DNA of 64,000 nucleotides from Malassezia furfur. Its lineage: Eukaryota. The notes under the pieces were generated by a model. That model saw nothing but the letters and a program-made list of their open reading frames with translations. It made no database searches and had not been told where the DNA came from. Location: the NCBI GenBank assembly GCA_052055015.1, contig JBQJIT010000013.1; one strand, 5' to 3'. Positions within the stretch are counted from its first letter, which is position 1; each line of letters opens with the position of its first letter. Position numbers and translations under genes: made by a program. Of the stretch, positions 59,185-64,000 are shown piece by piece.

Positions 59185-61419
59185 CTACGGCCGAAACGTT
59201 ACTTGGAAGAGGCTCGGCGGGCGCTCCTCGGCGGGCTTGGCGGCATCCGCGGGGGGAAGCACGACCGACGCGTGCTCCGCAACATCGGCGTCGGTACTGA
59301 GCGAATGTACAACGTCTTGCAGCGCCGTCGCTGCGCGCGCGGCTGCCGCCGGTACGGGCGCGGCTGCCTCGGCCGCCGGCATGCGACGGGCATAGAGCAC
59401 GAGGTGGACGGGCGCCCCCTCGTCCTCCAACGAGCCCACGAGCAGGAAGCGCGACTGCAGGTCCGCGCCGTGTAGCTGCGCCGCGAGCCGGTCCACCGCC
59501 TCGGTCGGCAGCTCGGTGTCCTTACGCGCCAAGAGTGGCGCGGCGAATTCGGCCGCCCACGCGTCGAGATGGTATGCATGCAGGTTACGCAACAGATCGG
59601 CATCGAGGTAGGCCACGCGCTGTGCATCGCCTTGCGTGCCTGTGCACAGCGCAAGCACGCGCCGCATGCGCCTCGTCGAGGTGCTGGACGATGATAGGGA
59701 GCTGAGTGTCGGCGAGGCGGAGGAGAGCGACGGCACCGACGTATCGCTGCTCCCGTCTGCATGCGCGTGATCGGGCGTGTCGCTCCCCGCACGCTCCGCC
59801 TCTGGCTCGGTGGTGAGGGTGCACAGCACCGCCTCGTTTTCCCGGCGGCTCACTCGCAGCTGGACGAGGCCCTTGTGGTGCTCCTCAGCGCCGGCCAGCA
59901 GCTCGTGGAGCGGCGTCTGCCCTGCACCGTGCAGCTCTTGCAGCAGGTCTGTGGGGACGACATTCGATGCGCGCCGCACGAGCACCATGCCGAGTAGGAC
60001 AAAGAGCGCCATCGCGTTGGGGCACGCGTCGGCGGCGGCGTGTGCAGCGGCCGGTGTGGCAGCCGGTTCAGCCGGCTGTGGTGCGGCACTCGGCATGGCG
60101 CTCGGTGTTGCACCATCGCCTGCCCGCTGCTGCAGGTGTGCACGAAGCGCCGCACACTCGCTCCGTGCCTGCTCGGCGTCTTTTCGCGCCTGCGCCGCCT
60201 CGGCGCGGGCGCTCGCGAGCTGCGTATGCAGATCGTCGGGCGGGGATGCCGCCGATGCACCCTGGTTTGCCGCGGTCGGTTTCGGAGCAAAGGCGTCGTG
60301 GTGGTCGTAGTGGCTGTCGAGCAGAATCGCGCCTTGTTGGGAGACGAGTTGCTGGAAGACGGCACGCACGTCGTCGCTCTCGTGGCGAAGCTGCGCACCG
60401 AGCGGCGTCGCACTCAGCACGCGTTCTGCACCGCTCGGCACGCCCGCTGGATTCGTGTTGTTGGGCGCATAGCGCGCCGTGTCGAGGAGCGACTCGTATA
60501 GCAGCCAGGCGAGCCGCGCAAGGTGGCGGCACTTGCCACTCAACTCCTCGAACTGCTCGCGCTTGCGCTGGCGCGAGAGGAACGCCGCCGCACGGTTCTT
60601 CACGAGGCGCGCCTCGCGCTTGGTCAGTCCGGACGTGTCGGGGGGAATAAACAGCGAGGAGTGCTTCGCCGAGGTATCAATCACAGGGAACGGCTGGCCA
60701 GCCTCGGTCACCTGCGAGGCGCTCGGAGGTGGTCGGCGCGCGCCGCTCTGCGGCTTGCGCGCCGTGTGCGGCAGGTCGGCAGCGTCGGGTGAAGCGCGCT
60801 TACCGATTTCGGGCATCGTCACCGCGCGTGGCCGCGTGTCGACGCCAGGGTGCACGCCGGGATGCCCGAGTTTGCGCCGCTTGTCATCGGGCGATGCTCT
60901 GTACAGTGATTTGCCCGCGTTCTCGTCCTTGAGAAGAAGCGCCAGCGGTGGTGCATCCGGGTCCGACTTGGCCGGTAGCCCCGCAAACGCCGTACGATCC
61001 ACGGACTCGTGCAGCGGTCGCTCGGGCGCCGCCGCCGGTGCCCAGATTGGCGAGTTTTGGAACGTGTACGGCTCCGAGGCGCCCGTGGACGCCGTCGAAG
61101 ATACCGACGACGTCGAGTTGGTCGGTGCGCCAGTAGTTGCCGTCGTGTGTGCACTAGGCGAGCCCGCCCAGTCGAGCGTCAGGGATGCAAGATCCTGCGC
61201 CGGCGCAGGCGGCTTAACGAGTGACATCGCACTGTTCAGCGCAAACGGCTGGATGAACCCAAACTGATTCGCCCCCACGTCGGGCGCGCCGGTGACCCCA
61301 GCGCACAGATCCGCGTGGATGAACGAGTCAAACTCATTAACGCCCGTGTCGGCGGACGGCGCACCCGTCGCCGTCGACGGCATCGGGCCGTAGGCGGCCC
61401 GCGCTACCGTGGGGTCCAT
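59185..61419 (-). CDS. bZIP transcription factor
   Basis: KREARLVKNRAAAFLSRQRKREQFEEL basic region. Confidence 0.85.
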   Translation of the reverse strand: MDPTVARAAYGPMPSTATGAPSADTGVNEFDSFIHADLCAGVTGAPDVGANQFGFIQPFALNSAMSLVKPPAPAQDLASLTLDWAGSPSAHTTATTGAPTNSTSSVSSTASTGASEPYTFQNSPIWAPAAAPERPLHESVDRTAFAGLPAKSDPDAPPLALLLKDENAGKSLYRASPDDKRRKLGHPGVHPGVDTRPRAVTMPEIGKRASPDAADLPHTARKPQSGARRPPPSASQVTEAGQPFPVIDTSAKHSSLFIPPDTSGLTKREARLVKNRAAAFLSRQRKREQFEELSGKCRHLARLAWLLYESLLDTARYAPNNTNPAGVPSGAERVLSATPLGAQLRHESDDVRAVFQQLVSQQGAILLDSHYDHHDAFAPKPTAANQGASAASPPDDLHTQLASARAEAAQARKDAEQARSECAALRAHLQQRAGDGATPSAMPSAAPQPAEPAATPAAAHAAADACPNAMALFVLLGMVLVRRASNVVPTDLLQELHGAGQTPLHELLAGAEEHHKGLVQLRVSRRENEAVLCTLTTEPEAERAGSDTPDHAHADGSSDTSVPSLSSASPTLSSLSSSSTSTRRMRRVLALCTGTQGDAQRVAYLDADLLRNLHAYHLDAWAAEFAAPLLARKDTELPTEAVDRLAAQLHGADLQSRFLLVGSLEDEGAPVHLVLYARRMPAAEAAAPVPAAAARAATALQDVVHSLSTDADVAEHASVVLPPADAAKPAEERPPSLFQVTFRP

Positions 61420-61547
61420 CGTGCGTCTTCGCGTGGGCACCGCGCAGGTGGAAAGAAGCACACGGCGTGGCTCGGCCGCGGCCTCTGCGCCGCCGTTCGG
61501 TGTTGTTTACATAAGCACTGCGGCAGACCTCTATCGTGGTGTGATCG

Positions 61548-62526
61548 CTAGCGGAAGCCATCGGCGCGGCGCGCGTCGATGCCGTACTCGCCGAGCGCGG
61601 CACTCAGGTCGTCCATAGTCAGAACAGTGCGCGTGCGATCCTGCAAGTTAAACATTTCCACATACCCGTCCAGCGCCCGGCCGCGCTCGGCTGGGGCCAG
61701 CGTTGGTCCGAATCCGCGCGTATTGGAACGCGTCCGACGCGATGTCCGCGACGAACTTTTCCGTAGCCAGTGCGAGCAGACGCTTGCTGCATGTAAGCAG
61801 TAGAATACGTACAGGCGCACATCGTTGCTCTGGAACCCGGCGCGTTCTAGGTAGAAGTCGGTGACCTCGTCGGGGATCTGTCACGTTAGGTTCGTGTATA
61901 CGAACCAGCGGCGAGAACTGTTCCAGCATGCGCAGCATGTCGGCCAGCGATCGGTCCTTGCGTGCCTCCTCGGCTGCGCGCGCGTCCAACGAGCTGGGCA
62001 CCGGCGCAGCCTCGACGTACCGCGCGAGGTCGGCCGGCGTCGCGACGCTCTGGACCGACGTCCGCTCCGCGTCCGTTACCAGTGCAAAAGCATGTGTCTC
62101 AAAAAAGACCGACAGCTCGGCCAGCTCGGTTTCCGGCGTGATGACGCGGTAGGTTTCGGGTTTCGCGGGCGCCTCCTTGGTCCCGGCAAACGGTCGCTGC
62201 AATTCACCGAGGGGCACGTCCAGCCGCTCCTCAGTTTCAGCAATCACGAGATCCACCATTTCCACAAATCCACGCAGCTTCTCTTCGTCCACAACCAGTA
62301 TACATTGGCCGCCGTGGGCGCGCGCCATCGGCAGGGCCGTAGAAACGGGCGTGTCAGACTTCGCGGTTGCGGGCGGCAAAAGATTCAGTTGGCGCACCGT
62401 GGCGCCATGGAATTGTTGCTTGAGCACATCGCTCACTTCGAGTGGCTCGTCCACCGTGGGCGTCTTCTGGGGCGCTGGCACGCGGGTCTCTGGCCCCGGC
62501 GTGTCCTCCTCCATTTTGTCGCCCAT
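61548..62526 (-). CDS. TAF10: TFIID/SAGA subunit Taf10 with N-terminal CBS-domain-like extension; introns 61878-61905, 61787-61812, 61641-61665
   Basis: Splicing gives [43 protein letters not shown]...VLTMDDLSAALGEYGI. Confidence 0.88.
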
Positions 62527-62604
62527 CGTCGCGGTGGTTGGCGATCGGCGTGCGATCGGGCGTCTCTCCGCACTGCGCTCCACCCAACGTGCGGCTTGGG
62601 AACC

Positions 62605-63408
62605 ATGCAGCGCTCGGGCGTCAGTGCAAGCTCGGTGATGGGCCTCAAAGCCGAGATCCATGCGGCACGGCAGCGTGCGGAGCAGGAGCGTGAGGCACCC
62701 AACAAACGTGCACGGACCGACAAGCTGCGCTTCGCGGAGGCGGCGCACGACGAGACGCCGAAGGAGACGCTCAGCGACGACCGCCTCGCAGCATCGCGCA
62801 TCAAACTGCAGCGCAAGGCACGGGCCTATGCCCGGATGCAAGAAGGCCGCCAGTCCAGTTCTGCTGCCGAAGGTCTGGTAGATTGGGACCTGAAAGCGGG
62901 CGACGATGTTGACCATACTCCGTCGGACGCCAGCGACATCGACCGACCAGCGTCGCCACCCGCTGACGACCCGGACGACCCGCTCGTAGAGCATGTCGAC
63001 GAGTTTGGGCGTACGCGCATGGTCCGTCGCAGCGAACTGCCGCGCGCGCCCACGCCAGAGGAGGACGAGCCAGAGGCCATCTATGGGCCCGCGACGTCGT
63101 TCCCCGTATACCATCGCGCGCCGCACCAGCTCGAGGTGCGGCCTCCGCGTCCACTCTCCCCGGAACCGGAGCATTTTGATGCAGAATGGGAGATCCGTAC
63201 GCGTGGCGCCGCATTCTACAAGTTTGATGCTAACGAAAACGTCCGTCGCGCACAGCAGCGTGACTTGCAGGCGCTACGCGACGAGACGCAGGCGCGGCGC
63301 GCCGATCGCGGCATGTCGCCGGTTGCGGAGCGGCGTACGACGCTCGGTGCCGCGCGCCGAGCGGCGCGGCAGCGCGTTATTGATGCGCATCGCACCTCGG
63401 TTCGGTAG
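62605..63408 (+). CDS. CCDC174-like (DUF4078) protein
   Basis: SASSVMGLKAE, VDEFGRTR, HFDAEWEIRTRGAAFYKF. Confidence 0.8.
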   Translation: MQRSGVSASSVMGLKAEIHAARQRAEQEREAPNKRARTDKLRFAEAAHDETPKETLSDDRLAASRIKLQRKARAYARMQEGRQSSSAAEGLVDWDLKAGDDVDHTPSDASDIDRPASPPADDPDDPLVEHVDEFGRTRMVRRSELPRAPTPEEDEPEAIYGPATSFPVYHRAPHQLEVRPPRPLSPEPEHFDAEWEIRTRGAAFYKFDANENVRRAQQRDLQALRDETQARRADRGMSPVAERRTTLGAARRAARQRVIDAHRTSVR

Positions 63409-63442
63409 GTGCCACTTTGTGGTCTCTTGTACATATGCCCAA

Positions 63443-64000
63443 CTACGACGACGGCGACTCCTCCAAAAACGACAAACACCCTGGGCTGCACCCGCGCCAT
63501 AGCAGCGGGAGGCACCCGCTGTGCTGCATCTGCGTATGCGCGTCGGTTGCACCAGCGAGCAGCTCCGTGCCTTGTTTGGCAACGCGCACACCGGCAACGT
63601 GCGACACCCACTCGAGCCGCTCCTCGTACGGCTGCGCAAACAGCGGAGCATCGTCGATCGCCGACTCGGCGACTGGCCAATCGCTCACGCCGTCCGTCGA
63701 CGGCGCCGACTCGCGCGCGTTGGGGCACCGGTTGAAGTAGACGTTCTTGCACGCATCCTCCCCGGCGTCCAGCAAATGGTCCACGTCCATCGCGTCGGGC
63801 AGCGACTCGATCGACGCCTCGCTCTCGGGCGAGCCCGAGGGGTGGAAGTGCGCGCCGTCATACCACACGTCGTGGCCACGCTGCATGCGCTGGTTGCGAT
63901 GCGGCAGGTTGGTCGGCGTGCCCCACAGCCGCAGGGCACTGCGCCGCGCCGCCTCGAGGCGTGCGACCATTTGCACATCAAGCGTGTATTGCAGCGAACG
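63443..64000 (-). CDS. Hypothetical protein, probably 5'-truncated by the window edge
   Basis: Open frame convergent with the CCDC174-like gene; no motif recognised, exon structure uncertain. Confidence 0.4.
   Translation of the reverse strand, partial: RSLQYTLDVQMVARLEAARRSALRLWGTPTNLPHRNQRMQRGHDVWYDGAHFHPSGSPESEASIESLPDAMDVDHLLDAGEDACKNVYFNRCPNARESAPSTDGVSDWPVAESAIDDAPLFAQPYEERLEWVSHVAGVRVAKQGTELLAGATDAHTQMQHSGCLPLLWRGCSPGCLSFLEESPSS

Noticed and set aside
59185..61419. bZIP as HAC1/Cib1 with an Ire1-cleaved intron
   Set aside because: The basic region differs from the Hac1 type, the ORF is continuous, and I saw no paired CNGCNG stem-loops.
1..64000. tRNA, rRNA, CRISPR arrays, transposons or viral genes
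   Set aside because: None recognised. Small snoRNAs in intergenic gaps cannot be excluded by eye.

Overview
Eukaryotic, very compact, GC-rich fungal DNA. The gene set, tiny intergenic gaps and intron style suggest a basidiomycete yeast of the Malassezia type (inference). About 35 protein-coding genes are packed nearly end to end: Med15-like, OLE1, Rpa14-like, ERG9, KRI1, UTP20, two HRD3/SEL1 paralogues, LHS1, PMR1, three saccharopine-dehydrogenase-like oxidoreductases, RCC1-PHD, POP4, CCT8, KAP104, XKS1, BTS1, RPB8, GYP1, REX4, DRS2, pinin, alkaline ceramidase, EMC3, SMC3, a bZIP, a CBS-TAF10 fusion and CCDC174-like. I saw no tRNA, rRNA, transposon or CRISPR. The most striking signal is architectural. 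I can reconstruct 24 GT-AG introns by hand, all only 21-32 nt, with the branch point abutting the acceptor and one 8-nt micro-exon. Divergent gene pairs share 30-160 bp promoters that often carry CACGTG, and convergent genes are separated by as little as 1 nt. Gene identities come from recognised motifs, not database searches.
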